Source: a bacterium
GTDB lineage: Bacteria; Acidobacteriota; Aminicenantia; Aminicenantales; Aminicenantaceae
Assembly: GCA_018335295.1 (NCBI GenBank)
Contig: JAGXKI010000001.1
Location: 79,512 to 143,511, forward strand
Length of the DNA stretch: 64,000 bases
Direction: 5' to 3'
Shown here: positions 9,693 through 21,239 of the stretch, one piece after another
How the letters are laid out: every line of letters starts with the position of its first letter
Position numbering within the stretch: the first letter of the stretch is position 1
Position numbers and translations under genes: made by a program
Notes under the pieces: model-generated
What the model was told of the DNA's origin: nothing
The model's input: only the letters and a program-made list of their open reading frames with translations
Databases searched by the model: none

Positions 9693-11156
9693 TTACTCGA
9701 GACGATAATTGGGGGCTTCTTTGGTGATGATGACATCGTGGACATGACTCTCTTTATACCCGGAGGGAGTCACTCTAATGAAATGGGCTTTTTCTCGAAG
9801 GTCGTATATGGATTTGCTTCCGGCGTATCCCATACCGCCTTTCAGTCCTCCCACCATCATTTGGATGATGTTGGATACAGAGCCTTTATGGGGCACTCTT
9901 CCTTCTATTCCTTCGGGAACCAATTTAGCTTTGCTGGGAAGCACGTCCTGAAAATATCTATCCCGGCTTCCTTCATGCATGGCTTTGAGGGAACCCATAC
10001 CTCTGTAAGTTTTGTAGGAACGGCCCTGAAATATCACCACTTCACCAGGAGATTCGTCTGTTCCCGCCAACAGGTTTCCAATCATGACAGAACTGGCTCC
10101 AGCAGCGATGGCCTTGGTGATATCACCTGAATATTTAATTCCTCCATCCGCGATGAGAGGAATATCGGTGTCTTTGGTTATCTCGTAGACATCGGAGATA
10201 CCCGTGATCTGAGGAATTCCAGCTCCGGTTACCACGCGAGTGGTGCATATGGAACCAGGTCCTACCCCGACTTTCACTGCATCTACCCCTAGATGGATAA
10301 GGTCTTTGGCCCCAGAGGATGTGGCGATATTTCCGGCAATAAGCTCCTGGTTCGGGAATTTCTTTTTAACCATCTTAATGGTGTCCAGTACCTTTTGGGA
10401 ATGACCATGGGCTGTATCCACAATCAATACATCCACTTTAGCCTGGATCAATGCTTGGACCCGATCCAAAGTTTCTTCGGAAACCCCCACAGCGGCTCCC
10501 ACTCTAAGACGGCCGAAATCATCCTTAACCGCGTGAGGGTATTGAATTCTTTTGAGAATGTCTTTATAAGTGATCAATCCTTTAAGATGGAAATTTTCAT
10601 CCACCATAAGAATCTTTTCGATCTTATGCTTGTGAAAAAGCCTTTCTGCTTCTTCCAGGGGAGTGCCTACAGGGACAGTGATGGTTTTTTTGGTCATAAC
10701 TCTTTCGATAGGAAGGTTCACTCTGTTTTCAAACCGAATATCTCTGTTGGTAAGAATCCCTACCAATTTGTTTTGTTCATCTGTAATAGGAAGTCCTGAT
10801 ATTTTATGCTTTTTCATCACTTCTTTGGCTTCAAAAATTTTATCCTGAGGTTTCATGGTGATGGGATTCACAATCATCCCGCTTTCATGTCTTTTGACTT
10901 TATCCACTTCCTCAGATTGTTTTTCGATGGACATATTTCGATGAATGATGCCCATTCCTCCCTGCTGAGCCAAAGCGATGGCCATTTTGGACTCTGTGAT
11001 TGTATCCATGGCTGCGCTGATGATAGGGAGGGAAAGAGAGATACGGCGGCTTAATTTTGTTGAAACATCCACTTGGTGGGGGATTACATCGGATTTGGCT
11101 GGAAGGATGAGGACGTCATCAAAGGTTAAACCTTCCTTTATATTCTTAGCCAACAT
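9693..11156 (-). CDS. guaB: IMP dehydrogenase
   Basis: LTFDDVL, SAAMDT, CBS pair, [23 protein letters not shown]. Confidence 0.97.
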   Translation of the reverse strand: MLAKNIKEGLTFDDVLILPAKSDVIPHQVDVSTKLSRRISLSLPIISAAMDTITESKMAIALAQQGGMGIIHRNMSIEKQSEEVDKVKRHESGMIVNPITMKPQDKIFEAKEVMKKHKISGLPITDEQNKLVGILTNRDIRFENRVNLPIERVMTKKTITVPVGTPLEEAERLFHKHKIEKILMVDENFHLKGLITYKDILKRIQYPHAVKDDFGRLRVGAAVGVSEETLDRVQALIQAKVDVLIVDTAHGHSQKVLDTIKMVKKKFPNQELIAGNIATSSGAKDLIHLGVDAVKVGVGPGSICTTRVVTGAGIPQITGISDVYEITKDTDIPLIADGGIKYSGDITKAIAAGASSVMIGNLLAGTDESPGEVVIFQGRSYKTYRGMGSLKAMHEGSRDRYFQDVLPSKAKLVPEGIEGRVPHKGSVSNIIQMMVGGLKGGMGYAGSKSIYDLREKAHFIRVTPSGYKESHVHDVIITKEAPNYRLE

Positions 11157-11166
11157 CTTGCTTCCT

Positions 11167-13833
11167 TTATTTTTTCTTTTTTTTCTTTTTTCTTTTTTTA
11201 GGGATGACTGACCTTGCTTCTTTCATTCGGTGAGGGGATTGATGAGGAGTGGGAGGTGGTTGAGTTGGGGATGATTGAGTGGGAGATTGGACCGGAGACT
11301 GAGGATTTTGGTGTTGGAAGTTCATGGGCTGCTCTTTTTTTTGGGGGAATTCTTCTTCCACAGTGGGTTGAAGAAGATACAGGTAACGGATGGTTTCTTC
11401 CTCGATGCGGTCCATCATTTGCTGGAACATTTCATAACCTTCTTTTTTGTATTCCACCAGAGGATCTCTTTGGCCATATCCCCGGAGACCGATGCCTTCT
11501 TTCAAGTAATCCATCCCTAGGAGATGGTCTTTCCATTGGGAATCAATAATTTGGAGCATGAGGATTCTTTCAAATTCTCTCATTTGTTCAGAACCCAAAA
11601 TGCTCTCTTTTTCTTGGTATATATCCTTTAAAGAAGAGAGGACTTTTTCTCTCAATCCATCATAGGTGATAGAGTCCCAATCTATGTTGAGTTCATAGAT
11701 ATTCAAGCCGAATTGGGCCTCCACGGTGTTTTTAAATCCCTTTACATCCCAGTCTTCGGGAGGTTTTTCTTTAGAAGTGTGATTTTCCATCAGCCAGTCC
11801 ACCAGAGTGACCACTAAATCCTGGATGTACTGCTCCATATTCTTGCCGCTGAGGATGTCTTTCCGCAGCTTGTAGATGGTTTGACGCTGTTTATTCATTA
11901 CATCGTCATATTCCAGGAGATGTTTCCGTATAGAAAAGTTCTGAGATTCAACCTGATTTTGAGCCCGTTCGATGGCCCGGGTGACCATATTGTGTTGAAT
12001 AGGCACGCCTTCTTCCACTCCGATTCTCTGCATCAATCCAGATATTCTTTCGCTACCAAATATCCGCATCAAGTCATCTTCAAGAGAAAGATAAAACCGT
12101 GAGGAACCCGGATCTCCCTGTCTGCCCGCTCTCCCCCTAAGCTGATTGTCGATACGGCGCGCTTCATGCCTCTCTGTACCAATAACATGCAAGCCACCCA
12201 GTTCCACCACTTTTTTATGTTCCATCTCGGTGATTTTTTTGGATTCTTTGTATGTGCTCTCCCATTCTTCCGGGGAAGCTTTTTCAGGATCGATCCCTTT
12301 TTTCTGGAGTGATTCCCAGGCCAAATACTCGGGATTTCCACCCAGGAGAATATCCACTCCGCGACCAGCCATATTGGTGGCAAGAGTCACAGATCCCACT
12401 CTTCCCGCCTGGGCGATGATCTGGGCTTCCATTTCATGATATTTTGCGTTCAAGATCACATGCTTAATTCCCTTTTTTTTCAAAAGAGAGCTGAGGTGTT
12501 CGGAGTTTTCTATAGAAGTGGTTCCTACTAGGAGTGGGCGGCCTTTCTGATGGAGCTCAGAGATTTCCTCTACCACAGCATTCCACTTTTCCCTGGCAGT
12601 CCGGTAAATGGAGTCCGGATAATGGTACCGGATGAGAGGTTTATTGGTGGGAATAACCACCACATCCAGATTATAGAGAGATTGGAATTCAGTGGCTTCC
12701 GTCTCAGCGGTTCCGGTCATTCCTGCGAGTTTATCATACATCCGGAAAAAATTCTGGAAGGTCACGGAAGCCAAGGTCTGATAATCTTCTTCGATGCGAA
12801 CATTTTCCTTGGCTTCAAGGGCCTGGTGAAGCCCGTCACTGTACCTTCTGCCTGGCATCAGTCGGCCTGTAAATTCATCCACAATGATGACCTTTCCATT
12901 CTTGACCATGTAATCCTTATCTTTTTTAAATAAGTTGTGAGCTTTAAGAGCCTGGTTGATAGTATGGATGAGGTCCACGTGGGAAAGGTCAAAAAGATTT
13001 TGAATCCGAAGATATTTTTCGGCCTCTGAAACTCCTTCTTCAGTCAGAAAAACCGTCTTGGTTTTCTCATCAATTTGAAAATGTTTATTATTGCTGAGCC
13101 TTTTGACTAGGTTGTTGACCTTGTAGTAAATGGATGTGGATTCTTGAGTAGGCCCAGATATGATAAGAGGGGTCCGGGCTTCATCTATCAATATGCTGTC
13201 CACTTCATCCAGGATGGCAAAGTGATGCTGAGGTTGGACAAGGTCGGCCAGGCTGAATTTCATATTATCCCGAAGATAATCAAAGCCAAATTCATTATTG
13301 GTTCCGTAAGTGACCGCTTTCCTATAGGCTTCTTTTCTCTGGGCATCGTTCATTTCATGCTGAATGGTCCCCGCTTCCATTCCCAGGAGATTGAACACAG
13401 GGCCCATCCACTGGGTATCTCTTTTGGCTAAATAGTCGTTGACGGTGACGATATGTACACCCTTTCCTGTCAGAGCATTGAGATAAGAAGGAAGGGTAGC
13501 TACCAGAGTTTTTCCCTCCCCTGTTTTCATCTCGGCGATTTTTCCCTGATGGAGGGCCACTCCTCCCAGCAGCTGAACATCAAAAGGACGCATGTGAACA
13601 GTTCGACGGGCTGATTCGCGGACCACGGCAAACGCTTCAATCAGAATATCCTCTAGAGAAGCCCCTTGATTGAGCCTTTCTTTAAACTCGGAAGTTTTTT
13701 GTTTGAGCTGTGAATTATCGAGCTTCTGGATTTGAGGCTCCAGCTCGTTGATGGCAGGGATGTAGGGTTGGAGTTTTTTCAGGTCTCTCTCATTTTTTGT
13801 TCCGAATATTTTTTGAATCAGCCATCTATACAT
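11167..13833 (-). CDS. secA: Preprotein translocase ATPase
   Basis: [60 protein letters not shown]. Confidence 0.98.
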   Translation of the reverse strand: MYRWLIQKIFGTKNERDLKKLQPYIPAINELEPQIQKLDNSQLKQKTSEFKERLNQGASLEDILIEAFAVVRESARRTVHMRPFDVQLLGGVALHQGKIAEMKTGEGKTLVATLPSYLNALTGKGVHIVTVNDYLAKRDTQWMGPVFNLLGMEAGTIQHEMNDAQRKEAYRKAVTYGTNNEFGFDYLRDNMKFSLADLVQPQHHFAILDEVDSILIDEARTPLIISGPTQESTSIYYKVNNLVKRLSNNKHFQIDEKTKTVFLTEEGVSEAEKYLRIQNLFDLSHVDLIHTINQALKAHNLFKKDKDYMVKNGKVIIVDEFTGRLMPGRRYSDGLHQALEAKENVRIEEDYQTLASVTFQNFFRMYDKLAGMTGTAETEATEFQSLYNLDVVVIPTNKPLIRYHYPDSIYRTAREKWNAVVEEISELHQKGRPLLVGTTSIENSEHLSSLLKKKGIKHVILNAKYHEMEAQIIAQAGRVGSVTLATNMAGRGVDILLGGNPEYLAWESLQKKGIDPEKASPEEWESTYKESKKITEMEHKKVVELGGLHVIGTERHEARRIDNQLRGRAGRQGDPGSSRFYLSLEDDLMRIFGSERISGLMQRIGVEEGVPIQHNMVTRAIERAQNQVESQNFSIRKHLLEYDDVMNKQRQTIYKLRKDILSGKNMEQYIQDLVVTLVDWLMENHTSKEKPPEDWDVKGFKNTVEAQFGLNIYELNIDWDSITYDGLREKVLSSLKDIYQEKESILGSEQMREFERILMLQIIDSQWKDHLLGMDYLKEGIGLRGYGQRDPLVEYKKEGYEMFQQMMDRIEEETIRYLYLLQPTVEEEFPQKKEQPMNFQHQNPQSPVQSPTQSSPTQPPPTPHQSPHRMKEARSVIPKKRKKKKKKK

Positions 13834-14014
13834 TTATATCTTTTGTAGCAGAAACCCCCGATATTGTCAATTGAGAGGAAGAAGGGGACGGTTCCTTTTA
13901 AGAGCATTTGGAATATGAAAGCCTGGTTGATTTTTTTCTCTGGTTTTTTTATCATCTTGTGTAATTTAAAAGACATTCTTTTCTCTATTCTATCAAGTTG
14001 GGATTGGATGAAAA

Positions 14015-14260
14015 ATGGTAAGTTTAATCAAAGCTCCTCACGATAAAACCTTAAAAATAGTGGAAGTGAAGGGAGGTCATGGAGTTCGACGGAGGCTTCT
14101 CTCCCTGGGTTTTCATAAAAATGACACGGTGGAACTGGACTCTCGAGGTATATTAAGAGGCCCCCTAGTAGTGAAGAACCTGACTTCAGGAACTTCTGTA
14201 GCTTTGGGGCGGGGTGTGGCTCAGAAAGTCATGGTAGAGATAGTTGGTGATAAAAAGTAA
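14015..14260 (+). CDS. feoA: Ferrous iron transport protein A
   Basis: RRLLSLG, GPLVV, ALGRG.A.KV; overlaps feoB. Confidence 0.9.
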   Translation: MVSLIKAPHDKTLKIVEVKGGHGVRRRLLSLGFHKNDTVELDSRGILRGPLVVKNLTSGTSVALGRGVAQKVMVEIVGDKK

Positions 14261-16184
14261 ATTTCCAGATATTGTATTTATAGGACAGCCCAACAGCGGA
14301 AAAAGCACTCTGTTCAACGCCGTCGCCGGTCTGAAAGCAGAAACTTCCAATTTTCCGGGTACCACCGTTAAGCACTCCCACAGCAAAGTTAGGATAAAAG
14401 GACAAGTTTTAAATATCATTGATCTCCCTGGATCATATTCTCTAAATCCTTCCGATGCGGCCGAAAAGGTTTCTCTTCGGCACATTTTTCTTGAAAAACC
14501 CGAGGTGATCATAAATGTCGTGGATGCCTCTATTCTGGGACGAAGTCTGGAGCTCACTCTAGAGTTGATTGAAATGGGATACCCGATGGTGGTTGCTTTA
14601 AACATGATGGATTTGGCTGAGAAAAAAGGGGTCCGCATTGATATTCCCAAATTGGAGAAACTTCTGGGGGTGGAGGTTATCCCTACCATCGCTTCTCATG
14701 GACGAGGAGTGAAAGAAGTTCTGGATAAGGCTGTAGAGGTTCTGGAAAAGCCCCAGACGGCGCCTTCTATCAGGTGGTCCAAAGACGTTGAAGATAGGAT
14801 TCAAGAATTTGAGGAACAAATTCCTCTTGATTTTCCCATGGTGGCGAATAAAAGATTTTCAGCTGTCAAAATGATTGAAGCTGGAAAATTATATTTTGAC
14901 CAGATGCTGAAAAGCTTGAATCCCGCTTTGAAAAAATCACTGGATGGGACCCGGAAAAAACTGGAGAAGAGTCACAGTGCACCGGCTTATGAGGTGATTG
15001 CGGCCGAAAGACATCACGCAGCGATGAAAATATTCGAAGAGAGCAGTGAAGTGAAGAGAGGAGGGGGTGCCTCTTTTTTAGAAAAAGTCGACGACCTTAT
15101 CATGCACCCCGTAATGGGATATTTTGTCCTTTTAGCCGTGTTTTTAGGTTTTTTCTTTATTATTTTCCAGGTGGGAAGTCCTGTGGAAGAGCTTCTGTTG
15201 AATCCTCTCAACAATCTGAGAGATTTCCTTTCCTTAAATATAGGGGGAGGGTTGTTTTATTACATCCTGGATGGATTCATACAGGGAGTCGGGGGAGGAA
15301 TTGCTATTGTTCTTCCATATTTTATCCCTCTACTTTTTTTGATGTCCCTGCTTGAAGATGCCGGATACCTGGCACGAGCCGGATTTTTGATGGATACCTT
15401 TATGCATAAAATAGGTCTCCACGGAAAATCAGTTTCTCCATTTATTTTGGGGTTTGGTTGTAATGTCCCCGCGATCGTTTCCACCCGGATATTGGAATCC
15501 AAGAGGGATAAAATAATTACCTCTCTTCTCATTCCTTTTATTCCCTGTTCGGCCCGGACCACGGTTATCCTGGCTTTGGTTGCCTTTTATCTGGGGCCTC
15601 TATGGGCTCTTGGGTTCTATGTGGTGAATATATTTCTGGTGGGAGTGATAGGGAGATTGTTGACTTTATTCTTCAAAATGCCCTCTCCGGGTTTGATCCT
15701 GGAGATTCCTTCTTTGAAGTTTCCTTCTTTGAAAAATATCGCCCAAAAAACTTATATACATCTTCGTTCCTTTGTCAAATTTGCCTGGCCTCTTTTGATT
15801 GTGGGGAGTGTGATACTGGGGTTGATGCAGTATTTCCGGCTGGACCAGGGAGTCAATTTGATTCTGGCTCCGTTGGTGGAGAATGGTCTCGGTTTACCCA
15901 GAGAACTTGGGGTCACTCTTGTTTTTGGTTTTTTAAGAAAGGAGCTTTCTTTGATCATGATGCTCCAAGCCCTGGGAGTGGAATACCAGAATCTTTTGAC
16001 TATGGTTACCCAACAACAGTTGGTTGTTTTCACTGTATTCATCAATTTCTTCATTCCCTGTTTGAGCACGGTAGCCATTATCTGGAAAGAGATCGGAAAG
16101 AAAATTGCTTTTCTATCAATTGTTTTGAATACTGGAGTGGCCGTTTTGCTGAGTTTAGTGGTGAGGCTCCTTTTTGGAATATAA
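14244..16184 (+). CDS. feoB: Ferrous iron transport protein B
   Basis: GQPNSGKST, NFPGTTV, DLPGSYSL, NMMD, GFGCNVPA, multiple TM segments. Confidence 0.95.
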   Translation: MVIKSKFPDIVFIGQPNSGKSTLFNAVAGLKAETSNFPGTTVKHSHSKVRIKGQVLNIIDLPGSYSLNPSDAAEKVSLRHIFLEKPEVIINVVDASILGRSLELTLELIEMGYPMVVALNMMDLAEKKGVRIDIPKLEKLLGVEVIPTIASHGRGVKEVLDKAVEVLEKPQTAPSIRWSKDVEDRIQEFEEQIPLDFPMVANKRFSAVKMIEAGKLYFDQMLKSLNPALKKSLDGTRKKLEKSHSAPAYEVIAAERHHAAMKIFEESSEVKRGGGASFLEKVDDLIMHPVMGYFVLLAVFLGFFFIIFQVGSPVEELLLNPLNNLRDFLSLNIGGGLFYYILDGFIQGVGGGIAIVLPYFIPLLFLMSLLEDAGYLARAGFLMDTFMHKIGLHGKSVSPFILGFGCNVPAIVSTRILESKRDKIITSLLIPFIPCSARTTVILALVAFYLGPLWALGFYVVNIFLVGVIGRLLTLFFKMPSPGLILEIPSLKFPSLKNIAQKTYIHLRSFVKFAWPLLIVGSVILGLMQYFRLDQGVNLILAPLVENGLGLPRELGVTLVFGFLRKELSLIMMLQALGVEYQNLLTMVTQQQLVVFTVFINFFIPCLSTVAIIWKEIGKKIAFLSIVLNTGVAVLLSLVVRLLFGI

Positions 16185-16190
16185 AAAATA

Positions 16191-16538
16191 TTATTTTTCC
16201 AGGACGATGGTGGCCACGGCGTATTCATCCAGATGGGATAGAGAAATAAATATTTTCTGGAATGAAAAGTCGGTGGGGTCTTTGATATGGAGCTGAGGTT
16301 TTCCAGAGGGCAGGTTGGAGACTTCCACATCAGTCCATTTTATTTTTTTCCCGATGGCTTTAAAGAAAGCCTCTTTAGCTGCGAACCGGGCAGCCAAGTG
16401 CTGGAATTTATTTTTTTTATTCTGGCAGCAATCAATTTCCAGAGGGGTGAAAATTCTTCGAAGAAACCGGGGATTTTTCTGGACAAGTTTTTTGATTCGA
16501 TCCACTTCGATGATATCCACACCAATGCCGGTGATCAC
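16191..16538 (-). CDS. acpS: Holo-[acyl-carrier-protein] synthase
   Basis: GIGVDII, ARFAAKEAFFKA, GKP, ISLSH. Confidence 0.95.
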   Translation of the reverse strand: MITGIGVDIIEVDRIKKLVQKNPRFLRRIFTPLEIDCCQNKKNKFQHLAARFAAKEAFFKAIGKKIKWTDVEVSNLPSGKPQLHIKDPTDFSFQKIFISLSHLDEYAVATIVLEK

Positions 16539-16667
16539 TTTCCTGCTCCTTTATCCATGAGATGTGTTCCTCATTATTGAAAAATTGACCGTGTAAATCA
16601 AGAAGTCATTAAACGGGGAAGAGGGAAAAACCTCAATAGTTTTAATGATCCCATCCCATCTATGCCA

Positions 16668-18470
16668 TTATGGAGTGGGGGCCTCTTTCTTTTTCAACCT
16701 TTTTTTCAATTCATGGGCTGTTCGGGGGCCGATGATTTGAGCCAGTTCTTTTGGAGGGGCCTTTTGGATATTTTTTAAGGTTTTGTACCGGGAAAGCAGA
16801 GCCGCCTTTTTCTTTTTGCCGATTCCTGGAACCTGTTCCAGTGGGGAAGAAAAGCTTTGCTTTTCTCTTCGTTTTCTGTGAAAAGAGATGGCAAACCGGT
16901 GGGCTTCATCTCTTACCATTTGGACCAGCTTCAGGGCAGGAGAGTGCCGGTCCAGAGATATCCCGTTTTTTACAAAAGGAGTATAGATCAGTTCTTCTTT
17001 TTTGGCTATAGAAATGACAGGGAGATTTGTCCATTGAAGGTCCTCCAGAGCTTTTGAAGCAGCGCTGAGTTGGGGTTTTCCTCCATCTACAAGGATTAAT
17101 TGAGGAAAGGTTTGATTTTCTCGGAGAAGCCTCTGGTATCTCCGGTGAATCACTTCGTATATGCTGGCAGCATCGTCAGCCCCTTGAACGGTTTTGATTT
17201 TATACTTTCTGTATTGGTCTTTATCCGGGGCTCCCTCTTCAAATACGACTAAAGAAGCCACTGATTCCTGGCCCCCAATGTTAGAGATATCGAAACCTTC
17301 GATACGCTGGGGAAGGGATTCCAAACCCAAAATATTTTTCAATTCAGAAAGAGGATTTAAATCCCCGGACTTTTGGGTTAGAACAGCTTTGGCGTTGCTC
17401 TGGGCCAGGTTCACCAGCCTTTTGTTTTTGCCTCTTTGAGGACTACGGATATCTACTTTTTTCCCCCTTTTTTTTGAAAAATTTTGAATCAATTGAAAGT
17501 TTTTCTCTGGGGTGAAAGGAAGAAGAATTTTTTCCGGGATTTGATGACTTTGGTAGTACTGCTCCAGCTGAGATGAAAGAATTTTTTGGGTTGACATTCC
17601 TTTGGTTTCGGGGACTAGGATGCTCCGGGATTCTCTAACTTTTCCTTTTCTCATAATAAACACATAAAGAGCCGCTCTTCCGTTCTCCTTAAAAAAACCA
17701 AAGATATCTTTATTTTCCTGCTGTGTGGAAGTGAGTTTGGGCTTTTCCTTAATCTCTTCAATGGTGTGAATCAAGTCTCTCCAGTGGGCTGCCTGTTCAT
17801 AATCTTGATGGTCTGCAGCTTCTTTCATTTTATTCCGGAGAACCTTCAACAATTTTTGGGATTTTCCTTCCAGAAACAATAAGGCGTTCTCCACTCTTTC
17901 TTTGTATTCAGATTTGGAAATATAATTCACACAGGGAGCTGAACAGAGATTCAATTCATATTCCAGACAAGGCCTTTTTCTTTTTCCCGGGATTTCTTCT
18001 TTGCAGTTTCTGATTCCAAAATAGCGGTTGAGGAGATGGATGGTTTTTTTTGCTTGATTGGGGGGATTGAAAGGACCAAAGTATCTGGAATGATCAGGTT
18101 TAACTCTCCGGGTGAGGGAGACGGAGGGATATTCTTCTTGTAAATTTATTTTCAAATAAGGAAAACTCTTATCATCTTTTAACCTTAAATTGAATTTGGG
18201 TTGATACTGTTGGACAAAATTATTTTCCAGAAAGGCGGCCTCTTTTTCCGAGTCGGTGAGGATAAAATCGATATCTGAGGTTTCGGAAAGTATGTTATGG
18301 ACTTTTGAATCAGCGGAGGAGAGGAAATAAGAGGTGACCCGGTCCTTAAGAGACCTGGCTTTGCCGATATAAACAACTTTTCCCTTCTTGTTTTTAAAAA
18401 AATAGATGCCTGGTTTTTTGGGAAATTGTTCTACTTTAGATTTCAGAGAGTTCCTGGATTCAGTCGACAA
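16668..18470 (-). CDS. uvrC: Excinuclease ABC subunit C
   Basis: GIY-YIG (PGIY...YIGKA), IEGFDISN, DGGKPQ, RDEAHRFA, HhH. Confidence 0.96.
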   Translation of the reverse strand: MSTESRNSLKSKVEQFPKKPGIYFFKNKKGKVVYIGKARSLKDRVTSYFLSSADSKVHNILSETSDIDFILTDSEKEAAFLENNFVQQYQPKFNLRLKDDKSFPYLKINLQEEYPSVSLTRRVKPDHSRYFGPFNPPNQAKKTIHLLNRYFGIRNCKEEIPGKRKRPCLEYELNLCSAPCVNYISKSEYKERVENALLFLEGKSQKLLKVLRNKMKEAADHQDYEQAAHWRDLIHTIEEIKEKPKLTSTQQENKDIFGFFKENGRAALYVFIMRKGKVRESRSILVPETKGMSTQKILSSQLEQYYQSHQIPEKILLPFTPEKNFQLIQNFSKKRGKKVDIRSPQRGKNKRLVNLAQSNAKAVLTQKSGDLNPLSELKNILGLESLPQRIEGFDISNIGGQESVASLVVFEEGAPDKDQYRKYKIKTVQGADDAASIYEVIHRRYQRLLRENQTFPQLILVDGGKPQLSAASKALEDLQWTNLPVISIAKKEELIYTPFVKNGISLDRHSPALKLVQMVRDEAHRFAISFHRKRREKQSFSSPLEQVPGIGKKKKAALLSRYKTLKNIQKAPPKELAQIIGPRTAHELKKRLKKKEAPTP

Positions 18471-20460
18471 TTTCTAATTCCTTTTTCTTCAAGTTCTTAA
18501 GTTCATCTCTCAATTGGGCAGCCTTTTCAAATTCCAGGTTTTGTGCGGCTTTTTTCATCATTTTTTCCAGTTTTTTCATCTTTTCCTTTCTTTTTTGAGG
18601 AGTAAGGTAGACTTCTTTATCTTCGTAGACTCTGGAGAAATCGACGTGGTCTCTTTCGGGAACACTGGATAGCACTTCGTCAATACGTTTTTGAATGGAT
18701 TGAGGAGTGATGTTGTTTTTTTGGTTATATTGTTTTTGGATTTTTCTTCGTCGGTTGGTTTCATCGATGGCCTTTCTCATGGATTCGGTAAGGGTGTCCC
18801 CATAGAGAATGGCCTGAGCGTAAACATTTCTGGCGGCCCGCCCAAAGGTCTGGATGAGAGAAGTGGAAGAGCGAAGAAATCCTTCTTTATCTGCATCCAG
18901 AATAGCGACCAGGGATACTTCGGGAAGGTCCAGTCCTTCTCTTAATAAATTGATCCCCACCAGAGCATCATATTTTCCTTTTCTCAAGTTTCTCAGTATT
19001 TTTACTCGGTCTAACGTGTCGATTTCTGAATGGAGGTATTGAACATTTATTCCCGATTCATGGTAATAACGAGTGAGGTCTTCAGCCAAGCGTTTGGTGA
19101 GAGTGGTCACTAGAGTTCTTTCATTTTTCTGAGACCGTTTTTCGATTTCATTTTTCAAATCATCTACCTGGCCTTTAGTTGAGCGAACCTCGAGTTGGGG
19201 ATCGATCAGTCCAGTAGGCCGGATGATTTGTTCCACAGCATGATGATTTGTTTTATCCAGCTCGTAGGGTCCCGGAGTAGCAGAGACATACAGAGTCTGG
19301 CTCAATTTTTTTTCAAACTCTTTGAAGTTTAAAGGACGGTTATCCAGAGCCGAAGGAAGCCGGAATCCGTGTTCCACCAGGGTCTCCTTTCGGGCCCGGT
19401 CTCCGTAATACATGCCCCCGATCTGAGGAATAGTCATATGGGATTCGTCAATAATGATGAGAAAATTGGAGGGAAAATAATCCAGAAGAGTGTAAGGAGG
19501 TTCTCCAGGGTTTCTCAGGCTGAGATAGCGGGAATAGTTCTCGATTCCAGGGCACCATCCCAGTTCCCGGAGCATCTCCAGGTCATAAAGAGTCCTTTCT
19601 TCGATTCGATTGGCTTCGATAATTTTTCCCTGGTCCTTGAAATAAGCGATCTGGTTTTCCAGTTCTTTTTCGATGCTTCGGATAGCATAATCCATCACGT
19701 CACTGGGGGTGGAGAAGAAGGTTCGGGGATAAAGCACCACTTTATCGAAGGATTCCCTGACCTTTCCCAAAAGGGGATCCAGGGAGAATATATTCTTGAT
19801 GCGGTTTTCTTCCAGTTCAATCCGGTAAGCATAGTCTTCGTAGGAAGGAAAGATATCCACCAGGTTTCCGCGGAGTCGGAACGAACCTCTTTTGAAATCT
19901 TCTTCTTTTCGTTCGTACTGGATGTACACAAGTTTCTTCACGATTTCTTTTCTGGAAATCTCCTGATTTTTTTTCAAAGGAAAACTCATGGAGTAATAAG
20001 TTTCAGGGGAGCCTATCCCGTATATACAGGAGACCGAGGCCACAATGATAGCATCTCTCCTCTGGAAAAGGGAATTGGTGGCCTTGAGCCTCAAACGGTC
20101 GATTTCATCATTGATGGTGGCTTCTTTAGCAATATAAGTGTTGGAAGCAGGAATATAGGCTTCAGGCTGGTAGTAATCGTAATAGCTGACAAAGTATTCC
20201 ACCGCGTTTTCAGGAAAAAAAGCCCGGAATTCCTGGTAAAGTTGGGCAGCCAGAGTTTTGTTGTGGGAAATTACCAGCACGGGACGGTTCAGCTTTTCAA
20301 TGAGATTGGCCATAGTGAAGGTTTTGCCCGAGCCGGTGACTCCCATCAACACTTGATGTTGATTGTATTGATTGTTCAAGCTGTGAAAAAGCTCATCGAT
20401 AGCTTGAGGCTGATCTCCGGTGGGTTGATACTGGGAATGGAGTTTGAATATTTTCATCAA
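18460..20460 (-). CDS. uvrB: Excinuclease ABC subunit B
   Basis: PTGDQPQAI, GVTGSGKT, YYDYYQPEAY, DESH, GINLLREGLDLPEV, UVR domain. Confidence 0.98.
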   Translation of the reverse strand: MMKIFKLHSQYQPTGDQPQAIDELFHSLNNQYNQHQVLMGVTGSGKTFTMANLIEKLNRPVLVISHNKTLAAQLYQEFRAFFPENAVEYFVSYYDYYQPEAYIPASNTYIAKEATINDEIDRLRLKATNSLFQRRDAIIVASVSCIYGIGSPETYYSMSFPLKKNQEISRKEIVKKLVYIQYERKEEDFKRGSFRLRGNLVDIFPSYEDYAYRIELEENRIKNIFSLDPLLGKVRESFDKVVLYPRTFFSTPSDVMDYAIRSIEKELENQIAYFKDQGKIIEANRIEERTLYDLEMLRELGWCPGIENYSRYLSLRNPGEPPYTLLDYFPSNFLIIIDESHMTIPQIGGMYYGDRARKETLVEHGFRLPSALDNRPLNFKEFEKKLSQTLYVSATPGPYELDKTNHHAVEQIIRPTGLIDPQLEVRSTKGQVDDLKNEIEKRSQKNERTLVTTLTKRLAEDLTRYYHESGINVQYLHSEIDTLDRVKILRNLRKGKYDALVGINLLREGLDLPEVSLVAILDADKEGFLRSSTSLIQTFGRAARNVYAQAILYGDTLTESMRKAIDETNRRRKIQKQYNQKNNITPQSIQKRIDEVLSSVPERDHVDFSRVYEDKEVYLTPQKRKEKMKKLEKMMKKAAQNLEFEKAAQLRDELKNLKKKELEIVD

Positions 20461-20493
20461 AGTTTATTATAGCAAAAAATAAAAAAATATTAG

Positions 20494-20712
20494 TTGACTT
20501 TGACGTCCCAAATTGTAGCTGCCACCAGTGTGGAAGGAAAATCTGCGAGTTTGGGCCTGGAAGGGTCTTCTTATGTCGGGGGAAAACTGCCCGTTTCTTT
20601 GGGAGGTTTTTCCAAAACTCCGGTGGAGAAAGCTCTCCGAGTGTGCATCCAAAAATCTGTGGAGTATATTATGAGCAAGACTCCCGATGAGTATTACCGA
20701 CATAAGAAATAA
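20494..20712 (+). pseudogene. 3' fragment of a CsgG/HfaB-family protein gene
   Basis: TSQIVAATSVEG...LGGFSKTPVEKALRVCI..SVEYI resembles CsgG-family C-termini; there is no room for the N-terminal part. Confidence 0.55.
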
Positions 20713-20718
20713 TCGGAT

Positions 20719-21126
20719 TTACTGAGAAGAAGTCATTTTCACGCTTCCCTTAAATTGAGCCCCTTCCATTATGGAAATTCGGGAAGCGGAGATATCTCCC
20801 ACTAATTGACCCTCTTTTTCGATGGTGACCTTTCCTGAAGCATAAAGGTTGCCCTCGACTTTGCCTCGAATGATGATGTTGTGCACATAAATCTCTGCCT
20901 CTACTACGGCGTTGGGTTCTATAATCAGGTTATTTTGTTTTAAATTGATCTTTCCATGGACTCGACCTTCGATGGTAAGATCATCTTCTCCAGTGATTTC
21001 TCCGTCCAGAGAAATAGGGAGACGCAGATAAGAGGAATCTGTATCCTTCAAATTGGATTCTCTGATTTCTCTTTTTCTATTCTTTTCTTGCAGAATGAGC
21101 CTCCTGTTTCTTCTCAGGAAGTGCAT
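20719..21126 (-). CDS. Bactofilin (polymer-forming cytoskeletal protein); true start uncertain
   Basis: GEITGEDDLTIEGRVHGKI, I.GKVEGN, GDISASRISIMEGAQFKG. Confidence 0.88.
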   Translation of the reverse strand: MHFLRRNRRLILQEKNRKREIRESNLKDTDSSYLRLPISLDGEITGEDDLTIEGRVHGKINLKQNNLIIEPNAVVEAEIYVHNIIIRGKVEGNLYASGKVTIEKEGQLVGDISASRISIMEGAQFKGSVKMTSSQ

Positions 21127-21128
21127 CG

Positions 21129-21201
21129 ATTATAATTTTGTCGTCTGGACATGTCAATAATTGCAGGAGATTTGACATTGAATTTGAGGCTGTGGTATAG
21201 G
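21129..21201. promoter_or_regulatory. Back-to-back sigma70 promoters for bactofilin and rdhA
   Basis: Minus strand: TTGACA(21157-21152)-17-TATAAT(21134-21129). Plus strand: TTGACA(21172-21177) with a weaker TG-G-TATAGG -10. Confidence 0.55.
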
Positions 21202-21239
21202 CTATGAGTCTTGATTTTCAGATGAATAAGGAGATATGG

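Noticed and set aside
19369-20472. 367-aa plus-strand ORF
   Set aside because: Antisense shadow of uvrB with no motifs.
21151-21178. ATGTCAA-N14-TTGACAT as a dehalobox/CprK operator
   Set aside because: Does not match TTAAT-N4-ATTAA; explained by two divergent -35 boxes.
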